From positions 9,845-73,844 of the forward strand of contig JAPLHB010000190.1 of the NCBI GenBank assembly GCA_026389845.1: 64,000 nucleotides of DNA, given 5' to 3'. Shown in pieces: positions 46,622 to 60,600 of the stretch. Both the position numbers and the translations under genes were made by a program. Under the pieces are notes generated by a model. That model had not been told where the DNA came from. It searched no databases and saw only the letters and a program-made list of their open reading frames with translations. Source of the DNA: Chloroflexota bacterium. GTDB lineage: Bacteria > Chloroflexota > Anaerolineae > CG2-30-64-16. The number at the start of each line of letters is the position of its first letter. Positions within the stretch are counted from its first letter, which is position 1.

Positions 46622-46755
46622 TCACTTTTGTCACCCTGAGCGGGTTGGCCCCGTGAGGTGCGTTGCGGCGCGAATCCAGCGAAGGGTCTCGTTGGATCAA
46701 AAAGATTCTTCGCTGGTGTCACGCCGTAACGAAAGGTTTGGGGTAGACCCGCTCA
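46622..46755. repeat. MITE-like repeat, copy D (short variant) between the ABC ATPase and permease genes
   Basis: TGTCACCCTGAGCGGGTTGGCCCC ... GGGGTAGACCCGCTCAGAATGACA. Confidence 0.6.
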
Positions 46756-46776
46756 GAATGACAGATCTGGCAGCGG

Positions 46777-47706
46777 TCACAGCGGGTTCCCGCTCTCCCG
46801 CGCGTCACGATGCCCGGTCAACGCCAGGAACACATCCTCCAGGTTCGGCTGTTCGGTGCGGAGGTTACGGAAGCGAACCCCGTCAGCCTCCAACGTGTTC
46901 ACCACCGCGGCGAGCGATCCGCCGCAGACGACCACGCGCTCGCCCTCCCGCTCGACGCGACGGACGCCGTCGAGCACGCCCAGGGTCGCCGCGTTCAGAT
47001 CACCGTCCAGATCGAAGACCACCCGCGCCTCCGCGCCCAGGCGACGCACCAACGTCGCGGGGGCATCCAGCGCGATGATCCGGCCGTGATCCACGATCGC
47101 CACGCGATCGCACAGGCGCTCGGCCTCGTCCATGAAGTGGGTGGTCAGGACCACGGTCGCGCCCTCGGCCCGAATCTCGCGCACCAGGTCCCAGGTGGCG
47201 CGCCGCCCCTGCGGATCGAGGCCGGTCGTCAACTCGTCCAGGAAGACGACTTCCGGCCGGTTGATCAGCGCCAGGGCGACGAAGAGCCGCTGCCGTTGTC
47301 CGCCGGAAAGCTGGCTGACGTAGGCCTTGCGCGTGTTGCCCAGCCCGAGACGCGCCAGGAGCGCGTTCCCGTCGGCTGCCTGCCGGTAGAACGAGGCAAA
47401 CAGGCCCACCGCCTCGCCCACCTTGATCCGCTGGGGCAGGCTGGCGGTCTGCAACTGCACCCCCATGCGCTCGCGCAACGCCTGCGCGTCCCGCCAGGGA
47501 TCGAGACCCAGCACAGTCACGCGGCCCGCGTCGGGACGCCGCAGCCCCTCGACGCACTCTACCGTCGTCGTTTTGCCCGCGCCGTTGGGGCCGACCATCC
47601 CGAAGATCTCCCCGCGGCCCACCTGGAAGGAGATGCCGTCCACCGCCGCCAGGTCGCCGTAACGCTTAGCCAGGCCATCTGCCACCACAACCGCTTCGCC
47701 GTTCAT
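46777..47706 (-). CDS. ABC transporter ATP-binding protein
   Basis: Walker A GPNGAGKTT, signature LSGGQRQRL, Walker B VVFLDELTTGLD. Start refined to ATG 47706 (AGGAGGG RBS). Confidence 0.8.
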   Translation of the reverse strand: MNGEAVVVADGLAKRYGDLAAVDGISFQVGRGEIFGMVGPNGAGKTTTVECVEGLRRPDAGRVTVLGLDPWRDAQALRERMGVQLQTASLPQRIKVGEAVGLFASFYRQAADGNALLARLGLGNTRKAYVSQLSGGQRQRLFVALALINRPEVVFLDELTTGLDPQGRRATWDLVREIRAEGATVVLTTHFMDEAERLCDRVAIVDHGRIIALDAPATLVRRLGAEARVVFDLDGDLNAATLGVLDGVRRVEREGERVVVCGGSLAAVVNTLEADGVRFRNLRTEQPNLEDVFLALTGHRDARESGNPL

Positions 47707-47859
47707 CGCTGTCCCTCCTGTGTGTCTTGCTGATAGTATACGACCTCGGCCCGCGGTTGTCAGCCACCAGGGGATGGAATCTGCCATGCGTGGAGTGACT
47801 GAGGGAGGCATCCACCGAACGATGGATGGGGGGCGACTTTTGAGGGGATCAACGCGAAT

Positions 47860-47940
47860 GCGCCCCGTACTGGATGGTGCGGGGCGCATTCGCGCTTGTG
47901 GGGTAGACCTTTAGGGTCTCGCAGACCCTAAAGGTCTCGT
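47860..47940. other. two consecutive perfect hairpins (12-bp and 16-bp stems)
   Basis: CGAATGCGCCCCG-N10-CGGGGCGCATTCG and AGACCTTTAGGGTCTC-gca-GAGACCCTAAAGGTCT. Located between the small Lys-rich ORF and the ABC operon on the minus strand. No U-tract. Confidence 0.4.
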
Positions 47941-47947
47941 TGCCGTA

Positions 47948-48061
47948 CTACGGCGTGCTCTTCTGTTGCTTATCCTGCTGCTTCTCGGCCTTTTGCTTTT
48001 CTTTGCTTGCCTTCTGCTTCTGATCCTTGTTCTTATCCTTTTTTCCGCCCTTGTCTCCCAT
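47948..48061 (-). CDS. 37-aa lysine-rich small protein (MGDKGGKKDKNKDQKQKASKEKQKAEKQQDKQQKSTP), not in the ORF track
   Basis: ATG preceded by the near-consensus RBS AAAGGAG at optimal spacing. Found by translating the reverse complement of 47948-48061. Confidence 0.35.
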   Translation of the reverse strand: MGDKGGKKDKNKDQKQKASKEKQKAEKQQDKQQKSTP

Positions 48062-48414
48062 GGTGTGTCTCCTTTCCGTTTGTGTGTCTTATTTCGCCGT
48101 GAGGGGTAGTCGCACGGCCGATTCTGACACTGATCTACTGCTGCCCACATCCTACCATGCAGCCTTGCCGGCGTCAAGTCGCAAAAATGCCGGTTCTGCA
48201 GAATCAACATCGCATCGCCGAAGCTGTAGAACCGGCAGCGCAGATTTCTGGCGTGGCTCGGTCAGAGACCGGCCCGAACAGGGTCGGTCGCCGGGCAGGA
48301 TGGCATACTCGAACTCCCCCCGAAGGAGATATACTACCCGGCGGCGGCCGGTTTGGCCGAACCTCGCCGACCATGCTATACTGCATAAGATAAGGTCACA
48401 GTAAGGACAACCCG

Positions 48415-49461
48415 ATGATCCCCACCCAACACGAAATCCTCACCCCTTCTCCCCTCCTCGACGCCCGCGGCCGATTGACTCAGGCCGGCTGGAGTCGGGC
48501 GCCGCTGCTCGATTGCAATCTTGAGCAGGCAGCTTTCTACCCGCACTCCCTGCGCTTCCTGCAACGCTTGCGGATCAAGCGGTGGGACTACTACGGCGTA
48601 ACCACGCCTGACCGGTTCTTCTCCGCTACCCTGGCCGATCTGGGCTACGCGGGACAGGCGTTCATCTACACCGTGGACTTCGCCACGGGCGAGTATCACG
48701 AGGAGACGCTGACGATCCCGCCAGGCGGTGGCATCGTCTTGCCGCGCAACAGCACCGCGGGCGAAAGCCGGTACGCCAACGGCAAAGTGCGCCTGGCCTT
48801 CCACGTGACACCGGAAGAGCGCCAGCTCGCCGTGGAGTGGCCGAATTTCGGCGGCCAGTCATTGACCGCGGCGATCACCTTCCGAGTGGCGCCAGAACAC
48901 GAGTCCACCGTGGTGGTCATCCCGATCCGCAGCAATCGGTTCTACTACAACCGCAAGATCAACTGCATGCCGGCCACAGGGTGGCTACAGATCGGCGGCC
49001 AGCGGACGGAGATCCAACCGGAGACCTGTCTCGGCAACCTGGATTGGGGCCGCGGGGTCTGGGAATATCGCTCGTTCTGGGTCTGGGCCAGCGCATCGGG
49101 ATTCCTGCCAGATGGCCGGACGGTCGGCCTGAACCTGGGGTTCGGCTTCGGCGATACCTCGGCCGCTACCGAAAACACGCTCATCTTGGATGGCCGCGTC
49201 CACAAACTGGGCCAGGTGGATTTCACCTACGACGCGCGCGACTTCAAGCGGCCCTGGCACATGACGTCTCCCGACGGCCGGCTGGACCTGGAATTCGTGC
49301 CCTTCGTCGAGCGCGTAGCCAGGACGAACCTGCTGGTCATCGCCAGCCAGGTGCACCAGATGTTTGGCCGCTACCGTGGCACAGTCAAGACCGACGATGG
49401 GGAGGTCATCGCTATCGTCGGTCTGATCGGGTTCGCCGAAGAGCACCACGCCCGCTGGTAG
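48415..49461 (+). CDS. DUF2804 domain-containing protein
   Basis: 348 aa, Trp-rich beta protein (RWDYYG, WGRGVWEYRSFWVWASA) matching my recollection of DUF2804. Possible promoter TTGGCC-N18-TATACT at 48344-48373. Confidence 0.45.
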   Translation: MIPTQHEILTPSPLLDARGRLTQAGWSRAPLLDCNLEQAAFYPHSLRFLQRLRIKRWDYYGVTTPDRFFSATLADLGYAGQAFIYTVDFATGEYHEETLTIPPGGGIVLPRNSTAGESRYANGKVRLAFHVTPEERQLAVEWPNFGGQSLTAAITFRVAPEHESTVVVIPIRSNRFYYNRKINCMPATGWLQIGGQRTEIQPETCLGNLDWGRGVWEYRSFWVWASASGFLPDGRTVGLNLGFGFGDTSAATENTLILDGRVHKLGQVDFTYDARDFKRPWHMTSPDGRLDLEFVPFVERVARTNLLVIASQVHQMFGRYRGTVKTDDGEVIAIVGLIGFAEEHHARW

Positions 49462-49465
49462 TGTG

Positions 49466-49499
49466 CGACCAGACCTTCGAGGTTTCGGAAACCTCGAAG
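49466..49499 (+). terminator. 14-bp-stem hairpin immediately after the DUF2804 stop (terminator candidate)
   Basis: ACCTTCGAGGTTTC-gga-AACCTCGAAGGT followed by CTTGACTG; a short, imperfect T-tract. Confidence 0.35.
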
Positions 49500-49618
49500 G
49501 TCTTGACTGACGTTGGCTTGACAAGATACCGTTCGCTTTCCTCTCTGGCCTCGCCCCATCGCACCGCTCTGGAGTTGAGATCCTCCCGCAGGTTCCAGGA
49601 TCGGGCGAAAACGTCACG

Positions 49619-49768
49619 CTGAGCGTGAGCGGGTTGGCCGCCAAACTCTCGCAACGGCGAGAATCCAGCGAAGAATCCCTTCGTTGCACTCAGGGCAGGC
49701 TCTTCACTGCGTTCAGGACAAGTTCTCCTTGCCGCGACGAGACTCCTTCGACTGCGCTCAGCAGCTAT
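49619..49768. repeat. MITE-like repeat, copy E (3'-truncated)
   Basis: GTCACGCTGAGCGTGAGCGGGTTGGCC ... CTTCGACTGCGCTCAG; lacks the right terminus. Confidence 0.5.
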
Positions 49769-49774
49769 CGGCAG

Positions 49775-50000
49775 GCGCGCTGGCCTGCGGTAATCCTCTA
49801 CGGCCTGGCCGGCAGCGGCATAACCGCGCTCGCCTGGGCGCTGGCGGACGATGAGCGCGTGGGGCGCGCGTTTCGCGACGGCATCCTGTGGGCCGATAGC
49901 AGCCGGAATCCCAAGAAAGAAACCCGCCGCCTGTGCGGGGCGTTGGGGCTGGGGCGCGCGCCGGGCGAACGCTGGGGCGAAGGCTGGCGGCGAACCCGGC
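49775..50000 (+). pseudogene. remnant of a STAND (NB-ARC/NACHT-like) NTPase with a degenerate Walker A
   Basis: AVILYGLAGSGITALAWALADDERVGRAFRDGILWADSS resembles the NB-ARC P-loop start but has GSGIT (Lys to Ile). The frame collapses on both sides; it abuts repeat copy E. Confidence 0.3.
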
Positions 50001-50288
50001 CACCCCAAGCTGGCGGATGTCGCCAGTCGCGCATCTGATACTGAGAGAGAACGTGCAGTAGTGTGAATCCAGAGGAAGCGAGCGGCAACATCAGTTGTGT
50101 TTTCTGACCGCTTGTGCTAAACTGCTCCCAGTCACGACCCCTCGGCTGATACCGATTATGGGGAGACCTGCGTGGCGGCCGCGCACCGTCGTTTGTGACA
50201 TTCTTATGGTGGTCGGAGAGGCTTTCTCGACGATCCGCGCGACCTCAGCAGGCCCGGGTCTCCTTCAACGCACGGGTGACCTATTCCC

Positions 50289-53204
50289 ATGACCACTCCC
50301 TACCACGCCAAGTACTTCGCCTACGAGCTCACCCGCCAGGGTGGCGCGGGGGTCGAGCGGTTGTCGCGCTCGCTGTTCGATGCGTCGGTGGACCTGAATC
50401 CTCACCAGGTGGAGGCCGCGCTGTTCGCCATGCGGTCGCCATTGTCCAGCGGCGCACTGCTGGCCGATGAGGTCGGCCTGGGCAAGACGATCGAAGCGGG
50501 CATCGTGCTGTGCGAGTGCTGGGCCGAGCGCCGCCGCCGGCTGCTGGTGATCTGCCCGGCGGCAATCCGAAAACAGTGGGCGCTGGAGTTGACCGAGAAG
50601 TTCCACCTGCCCTGCCTGGTCATTGACGAGAAGTCATATCGGGAGCGCCGGGACGCCGGCGTTGCGCAGTCGTTCGAGGCGCCGGCCGTGGTGATCACCT
50701 CGATCAACTTTGCCAGCCGCTATGCTGAGGAACTGCACGCCATCCCCTGGGATCTGGTTGTGGTGGATGAAGCGCACAAGTTGCGCAATGCCTACCGCCA
50801 GAGTAACGTGATGGGCCAGCGCATCCGTTGGGCCATTGGCGACCGGCGCAAGCTGCTGCTGACCGCGACCCCGCTGCAAAACTCGCTCACCGAGCTATAC
50901 GGCCTCTCGACCCTGATAGACGAGCGGCTGTTCGGCGACCTCCCGTCGTTCCGTACTCAGTACATGAACGCGGGCGCGGACCTGGCCGAACTGCGGGAGC
51001 GTCTGCGCACCTTCTCCACGCGCACGCTGCGCCGCCAGGTGGTGGAGTATGTCCGCTTCACCGAGCGCCGGTTGATCACCCGCCCGTTCCAACCGACGGA
51101 GAACGAGCAGAAGCTGTACGAGGCGATCTCCGGCTTCTTGCAGCGAGACAACACCTATGCGTTGCCACAGCAGCAGCGCCATCTGATGACGCTGATCGTG
51201 CGCAAGCTGCTGGCATCGTCTTCGCAAGCCGTGGCCGGAACGCTGGAAGCGATGCGTGACCGCCTGGTTGCCATGTTGGATGCGAAGGGAAAACCGGGGC
51301 AATTGCCGTTGGCTGAGGCGCTGGTCTCCGAGGAGGAGATGGCTGACGAGCTGCTGGACGAGATCTTGGGGGAGGCTGTCGTAGACTCTCAAGGTCTCGG
51401 AGACCTTGAGAGTCTCGTGCCAAGTCTTGCGCCGCCGCTGGACCGGAGCAAGCTGGAAGCCGAGATCCGGGAGCTGAACGACTACATCCGCTGGGCGCGC
51501 AGCATCGGGGTGGATACCAAGGCGCGCGCGCTGCTGGCTGCGCTGCAGATCGGCTTCGGCAGGATGGCGGAGATGGGCGCCGCGCCCAGGGCGGTGATCT
51601 TCACCGAATCACGGCGGACGCAGACCTATCTCAAGGACTTCCTCGACGCCAACGGCTACGCCGGCAAGACGGTCCTTTTCAACGGGACCAACAGCGACCC
51701 CGAAACCACACGCATCTATGAGCGCTGGGTGGAGGCCAACCGTGACCTGGGCCGGACGGCCGGTTCCCGGCAAGTCAACGTGCGGACCGCCATCATCGAG
51801 CACTTCCGCGACCAGGCGAACATCATGATCGCCACCGAGGCCGCGGCCGAGGGCATCAACCTCCAGTTTTGCTCGTTGGTGATCAATTTCGACCTGCCGT
51901 GGAACCCGCAACGCATCGAGCAGCGTATCGGCCGGTGTCATCGCTACGGCCAGGAGCACGACGTCGTCGTCATCAACTTCTTGAACGAGCGCAATGCCGC
52001 GGACCAACGGGTATACGAGTTGCTCAACGAGAAGTTCCGGCTGTTTGACGGCGTCTTCGGCGCATCCGATGAGGTGCTGGGCAGCATCGAGTCGGGCGTG
52101 GATTTCGAGCGCCGCGTCCTGGACATCTACCAGCAGTGCCGTTCAACCGAGGAGATCGAGGCCGCGTTCGTGGCGCTGCGCGCGGAACTGGACGCGGCCA
52201 TCCAGACGCGCATCCGGGACACGCGGCGCATCCTGCTGGAGAACTTCGACGAGGACGTGCATGAACGGCTGCGCGCCAACCTGACCGGCACGCGCGAACA
52301 GCTCGACCGGACGGGGCGAATGTTCTGGACGACGACCCGCTTCGTACTGGATGGCCGCGCCGCCTTCGACGACGCGGGGTTGACCTTCGATCTCCTGCCG
52401 CCGGGCGTATCCGGGTGCCGGCACGGCCGCTACCACTTGATCACCAAGAACGGCGCTACTGCGTCCGAAGGACGATTTCCCGCCGATAGCGAGTTCCTCT
52501 ACCGGCTGTCCCACCCGTTGGGCGAGCACGTGTTGGAGACGGCCAAGGCGCTGCCGACGCCCGCGGCAAGCGTGACCTTCGATATCACAGGCCATCCGGC
52601 GCGCATTGCTGTGGTGGAGGCGCTGCGCTCACGCGCCGGCTGGCTGCGCTTACAGCGGCTCACGGTGGATTCCTTCGAGCGTGAGGAGTACCTGCTCTTC
52701 TCCGGCCTGGACGACGCGGGCAACTCACTGGATCCCGAGACGTGTGAGAAGCTGTTCAATTGCGCGGGCCGAACCGATGGGTTGGTCCCGTTCCCTGATA
52801 CCCCTGCGGCGCGGCTGGACGCCGAGGCTGAGCAGCATGTCAAGGCGACGATCAGCAGGTCGCTGGAGCAGAACAACCGCTACTTCCAGGAGGCCCGCGA
52901 GCAGTTGGAGAAGTGGGCGGATGACATGGTGCTGGCTGCGGAGCGTGAACTGAAGGAGACCAAGCAGCAGATCAGCGCGCTGAACCGCCAGTCCCGCCAG
53001 GCGCCCACCCTGGAGGAGCAGCACGCCATCCAGGAGAAGATCGCCGGGCTGGAACGGACCAAGCGCCGTCAGCGTTTGCGCATCTTCGAAGTCGAAGACG
53101 AGGTGATGGCCAAGCGGGATGGTTTGATCTCGGCGCTGGAGCGGCGGATGGCACAGAAGACGGCGGTCGAGGCGTTGTTCACCATCCGATGGACGGTCGT
53201 TTGA
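50289..53204 (+). CDS. SNF2-family helicase with ~400-aa C-terminal coiled-coil extension
   Basis: SNF2 motifs DEVGLGKTIEAG (I), VVVDEAHKLRN (II), INFDLPWNPQRIEQRIGRCHRYGQ (VI); 971 aa. Confidence 0.8.
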   Translation: MTTPYHAKYFAYELTRQGGAGVERLSRSLFDASVDLNPHQVEAALFAMRSPLSSGALLADEVGLGKTIEAGIVLCECWAERRRRLLVICPAAIRKQWALELTEKFHLPCLVIDEKSYRERRDAGVAQSFEAPAVVITSINFASRYAEELHAIPWDLVVVDEAHKLRNAYRQSNVMGQRIRWAIGDRRKLLLTATPLQNSLTELYGLSTLIDERLFGDLPSFRTQYMNAGADLAELRERLRTFSTRTLRRQVVEYVRFTERRLITRPFQPTENEQKLYEAISGFLQRDNTYALPQQQRHLMTLIVRKLLASSSQAVAGTLEAMRDRLVAMLDAKGKPGQLPLAEALVSEEEMADELLDEILGEAVVDSQGLGDLESLVPSLAPPLDRSKLEAEIRELNDYIRWARSIGVDTKARALLAALQIGFGRMAEMGAAPRAVIFTESRRTQTYLKDFLDANGYAGKTVLFNGTNSDPETTRIYERWVEANRDLGRTAGSRQVNVRTAIIEHFRDQANIMIATEAAAEGINLQFCSLVINFDLPWNPQRIEQRIGRCHRYGQEHDVVVINFLNERNAADQRVYELLNEKFRLFDGVFGASDEVLGSIESGVDFERRVLDIYQQCRSTEEIEAAFVALRAELDAAIQTRIRDTRRILLENFDEDVHERLRANLTGTREQLDRTGRMFWTTTRFVLDGRAAFDDAGLTFDLLPPGVSGCRHGRYHLITKNGATASEGRFPADSEFLYRLSHPLGEHVLETAKALPTPAASVTFDITGHPARIAVVEALRSRAGWLRLQRLTVDSFEREEYLLFSGLDDAGNSLDPETCEKLFNCAGRTDGLVPFPDTPAARLDAEAEQHVKATISRSLEQNNRYFQEAREQLEKWADDMVLAAERELKETKQQISALNRQSRQAPTLEEQHAIQEKIAGLERTKRRQRLRIFEVEDEVMAKRDGLISALERRMAQKTAVEALFTIRWTVV

Positions 53205-53224
53205 GCATCATGGGGAGAGCTACC

Positions 53225-53434
53225 ATGCAGAAGTGGGAGTACTTTCGAATCTGGGCATATTTTCAGGGAAACATTCAGCCGAAGTGGTACTTTGACTACA
53301 ACGGTAAGAGGCTTGAGGCAAAGGATTGGATGCCGGTCATGAATGAACTGGGCAACGAAGGATGGGAGCTTGTGTGTTCACTCCCGGTCAATCCTGCGCA
53401 GGTCGAGCTTTATTTCCAGCGCCCGAAACCGTAA
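53225..53434 (+). CDS. DUF4177 domain-containing small protein (~69 aa)
   Basis: MQKWEYFRIW...LNELGNEGWELVCSL...ELYFQRP pattern. Start refined to ATG 53225. GC about 49% versus about 65% in neighbours. Confidence 0.45.
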   Translation: MQKWEYFRIWAYFQGNIQPKWYFDYNGKRLEAKDWMPVMNELGNEGWELVCSLPVNPAQVELYFQRPKP

Positions 53435-53460
53435 TCCGACTTCTGAATGCCGAGGTATTC

Positions 53461-56535
<3,075 letters not shown>

Positions 56536-56592
56536 GAAATCCGAAACGCGGATCCGGCGAAGGAAGCATCTGACACGTAGCCCGGGGGTGAC

Positions 56593-57636
56593 ATGATGAA
56601 ATCCAGGTACGCAGCGTGGCTGCCGGTCTTAGCTTTGACCTTTGAGGCGGCGCTGTTGCTCACCAGAATTGATCGCCTGCGCGACATTTCCCCTGAAACT
56701 GCCATGGTGCTGTGTTCAGGCGCGGCACTGTTTTTGGCTGTTGCCATTCCGGTTTTCGTGCTGTTGGGTAGGGGTGGGATCCTATCGGGCATCTTGGCCG
56801 TTGTAGCGGGCCTGATGCTGCTTCTCGTCCCCCTCAACTTCATATTCGATGGGCTTCCCGATTGGCTCAGTTTCAAGCTTGTTTATGGTTCCATCCACCT
56901 GTTCCCATGTTATGTGGCCCGGCCTGCCGTAGGATGGTCCATGCTGCCCTTCGCCTTGGCACTGGCAGCATGGCGCGGGATTCGCCTCGGCCCGCGTCTG
57001 CTCTTTGTGTTGGCGGCCGTCATCTTCGTAGTCATCCACGGGCTACCGGGTCCCTCGACTCTGTTGTCTGGGTCTGCATCCCTGTGGCCCGGGTTCTCTA
57101 TGTTTACCCGCTTTCGGGAGCCTGATGGCTTCTTACAGATCCCAACATTCGGGCCTACACTCGGCATTGTCTTTGCTATCATCCTGGTCGCCATGGGGCT
57201 GGCAATCACAGCGGACGATGGGGAGAAAACACGCGTCCTCATCGCCCTGTGTTGCCTGGCGCTTGGGGAGATGGTGCTCATGGGGCAGATCGTTCCCTGG
57301 GTCATCAGGCACCCTGTCGAGTGGAAATGGGTATTTATCGCCAAGGGCGTGTGGATCAGTCTGGTGGGTATAGTCGGGCTGGCGATGCCGATCGAGTCTG
57401 ATCGGCTGAAATGGGCCGTTGGATTCGCTATCGCCGGATTGGCCGCGTTCAGTGCATTTGGCACGGAAGGCCTAGCGCTCGTTATTGTCGTCCCCCTGCT
57501 TCTGGCCGCCTTAGGTGCCGCGGGGGTCGTTGTTGGTGTCATTCTTCAGGGAGCAGCCCGCGCTGGGATCGAAGATGCTGAGCGCATCCGGCAGGGCAAG
57601 CCGCCCAAGTACCTTCCGCCACCGCCCTGGTTCTGA
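56593..57636 (+). CDS. polytopic membrane protein of unknown function (~9-10 TM)
   Basis: 347 aa, hydrophobic throughout with a Pro-rich C-terminal tail. GC about 57%, lower than the flanking genes. Intercalated between the MTase and nuclease-helicase genes. Confidence 0.45.
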   Translation: MMKSRYAAWLPVLALTFEAALLLTRIDRLRDISPETAMVLCSGAALFLAVAIPVFVLLGRGGILSGILAVVAGLMLLLVPLNFIFDGLPDWLSFKLVYGSIHLFPCYVARPAVGWSMLPFALALAAWRGIRLGPRLLFVLAAVIFVVIHGLPGPSTLLSGSASLWPGFSMFTRFREPDGFLQIPTFGPTLGIVFAIILVAMGLAITADDGEKTRVLIALCCLALGEMVLMGQIVPWVIRHPVEWKWVFIAKGVWISLVGIVGLAMPIESDRLKWAVGFAIAGLAAFSAFGTEGLALVIVVPLLLAALGAAGVVVGVILQGAARAGIEDAERIRQGKPPKYLPPPPWF

Positions 57637-57697
57637 TAAGGAGAACGGGCCTAGGCGGGCTTTGCTTCCGCCCAGGCGCTCTCCTCGGGAGACATGA

Positions 57698-60600
57698 ATG
57701 CCAAAGCGATCCCGTGCCGGCAGCCCTCAGCTCTTTGAAGCGAGACCCCTCCGTTTCGACCAGAAGTTGGTCCTGAACCGTTGGCTCATCAGCCTGTTCG
57801 AGATGCCCAGCCTCGAACAGTTGGCCAAGGAGCTAACTAACCCCGATCTGGAAGGCTTCGACGCCGACAACGTCAGCCACTTCTGCACCGCCTTGCGCAA
57901 CCGCACCGTCGACCGCGCGGCGCTGTCCGGCGACCTGCTGCTCGCCTACGATCGTAACATCGTCCGCCACTGGCGGCAGATCACCGAGCGGCGCAACCGG
58001 GTCGAGCGCCGCCTGCTCTATCCCAAGCCCTTTCAGTACCTGGCACTGCTCTTCACCGAGATCTACCTGGATCGCTACTTCCGCGACCGCGACCGGCTGC
58101 TGGCCGACCTCAACGCGCACGTGGCTGCGTTCAACGCCGAAGCGGCGCCGGATGACAGGCTCAGCCCCTACCAACCCGAAGATCTCAACAAGATCGCCTT
58201 CTGGATGGCCACCGGCAGCGGCAAGACGCTGCTGATGCACATCAACATCCTGCAATACCAGCACTACCTCGCGCTGCACGATGCCGGCGAATCGATCAAC
58301 CGGGTGATCCTGCTCACCCCCAACGAAGGGCTTTCCCGCCAGCACCTGGCCGAGTTTGCGTTATCGGGAATCGAGGCCGACATCTTCAGCAAGGACGGTC
58401 GCTCCCTCTTCGCGGGCCGGGCGGTGGAGATCATTGACATCCACAAGCTGGCCGACCGCAGCGGCGAGAAGACCATCGCGGTGGAGGCGTTCGAGCGCAA
58501 CAACCTGGTGCTGGTGGACGAGGGGCATCGCGGGGCCAGCGCCAGCGAGGAAGGGGAGTGGATGCGCCGCCGCGCGGAGCTATGCGCCGACGGCTTCTCT
58601 TTCGAGTATTCCGCCACTTTCGGTCAGGCGGTCAAGGCCAGCGGCGCCCGCAACCTGGCCGGTATCTATGCCCGCTGCATCCTGTTCGACTACTCCTACA
58701 AGTACTTCTACAACGACGGCTACGGCAAGGAATACCGCATCCTCAACTTCGAGAACGACACGAACGAAGCCCAGCGCCAGCGCTACCTCGCCGCCTGCCT
58801 GCTGGCCTACTATCAGCAACAAAAACTCTACGCCGATCGCAGCGCTGAATTCCGCCCCTTCCTGCTCGAACGGCCGCTCTGGATCTTCGTCGGCGGCAGC
58901 GTCAACGCGGTACGGTTGCAGGGCGGCCGGATGGTCTCCGACGTGACCGACATCCTGCTCTTCCTGGCCAGTTTTGCCAGCCCTGACCACAAACGAGACA
59001 TGATCACCTTGATCGAGCAGTTCCTGCACGGTCGGGCGGGCCTGCTGGACGTCAAGGGCAACGACCTCTTCGCTGGGGCCTACACCTACCTGGTTAGGCT
59101 CGGCCTCACCGCCGAGCAGGTCTACGCCGATATCCTGCGTGTGATCTACAACGCGCCGGCCGGCGGCAGCCTGCACGTCGTCAACTTGAAGGGCACGGAC
59201 GGCGAGATCGCCTTGCACCTGGGCGATCACGACCCCTTCGGCGTCATCAACGTCGGCGACGCGCCCCGACTGTGCAAGCTGTGCGAGGACTATCGAACGC
59301 TAGTCGTTGAGGAGCGCGAGTTCACCGGCTCGCTCTTCCACGCCATCAACGGCAGCGACTCCACGATCAACGTCCTGATCGGCTCCAAGAAGTTCACCGA
59401 GGGCTGGAGTAGTTGGCGGGTCAGCACGATGGGCCTGATGAACATCGGCCGCACCGAAGGCTCCGAGATCATCCAACTGTTCGGCCGCGGCGTGCGGCTC
59501 AAGGGCCGTGACTTCTGCCTCAAGCGCAGCCGGTGCATCGTTGGCATCCACGCCCCCGCCGAGATGGAGCGGCTGGAAACCCTCAACGTCTTCGGCATCC
59601 GCGCCGACTACATGCGCCAGTTCCGCGAATACCTGGCCGACGAGGGCCTCCAAAACGGCGAGCCGCCCATCGAGTTCGTGCTGCCAGTGCTCAAGAACCT
59701 GGGCGAGGTGCGGCTCAAGACGCTGCGGGTCAAGACGGGCTATGATTTCAAGCGCCAGGGTCCACGGCCGGCCGTCGGTCCCGTGTCCGATAGTCTCCGC
59801 AAGTACCCCGTGGAGGTCAACTGGTATCCCAAGCTGCAGGCGCTCGCGAGTCAACACGGCCAGCCCCGGTCACAGCCAGCCGAGCTGCACGAGGCCCGCT
59901 TCACCGATGCGCACCTGGAATTCCTGGACTTCGACGCCATCTACTTCGAGCTCCAGCGCTTCAAGAACGAGCGTACCTGGTACAACCTGGCGATCCCGCC
60001 GGAAGGCTTGCGCGCTCTGTTGCGGGACGGCGACTGGTACCGCCTGCTGATCCCGGCCGACGAGATGCAGTTCCGCTCCTTCGAGCAGGTGCGCGGCTGG
60101 CAGGAGATTGCCGTCGCGCTGCTGACCAAGTACTGCGATCGCTACTATAAGAACTGCAAGGCCGCGTTCGAGCAGGATCACCTGGAATACGCCGACCTGG
60201 CCCCCGACGACGGCAACTTTGTGTCCGAATACCGCATCCTGGTCGAGCGGTCCCAAGATGACATCATCGCCAAGCTGGAAGAAATCAGGCGCCTGATCGC
60301 CCGGCGGGTGCTGCGTGATGTAGAGTACGGCCGGCTGCACGCCATCATGTTCGGCCAGCACCTCTACCAGCCGTTGCTCTACGTCAACAGCGAACTGATC
60401 GAAGTGCGTCCGGTGCATCTCAACGAGGGGGAGCGCGACTTTGTGCTCGACCTGCGGGAGTACTACGAGCATCACCGGTCGTTCTTTGCGGGCCGCGAGC
60501 TTTACCTGCTGCGCAACATGAGCCGCGGCCGCGGCATCGGCTTCTTCGAGGCCGGCAACTTCTACCCCGACTTCATCCTCTGGCTGGTGACGGGCGACGG

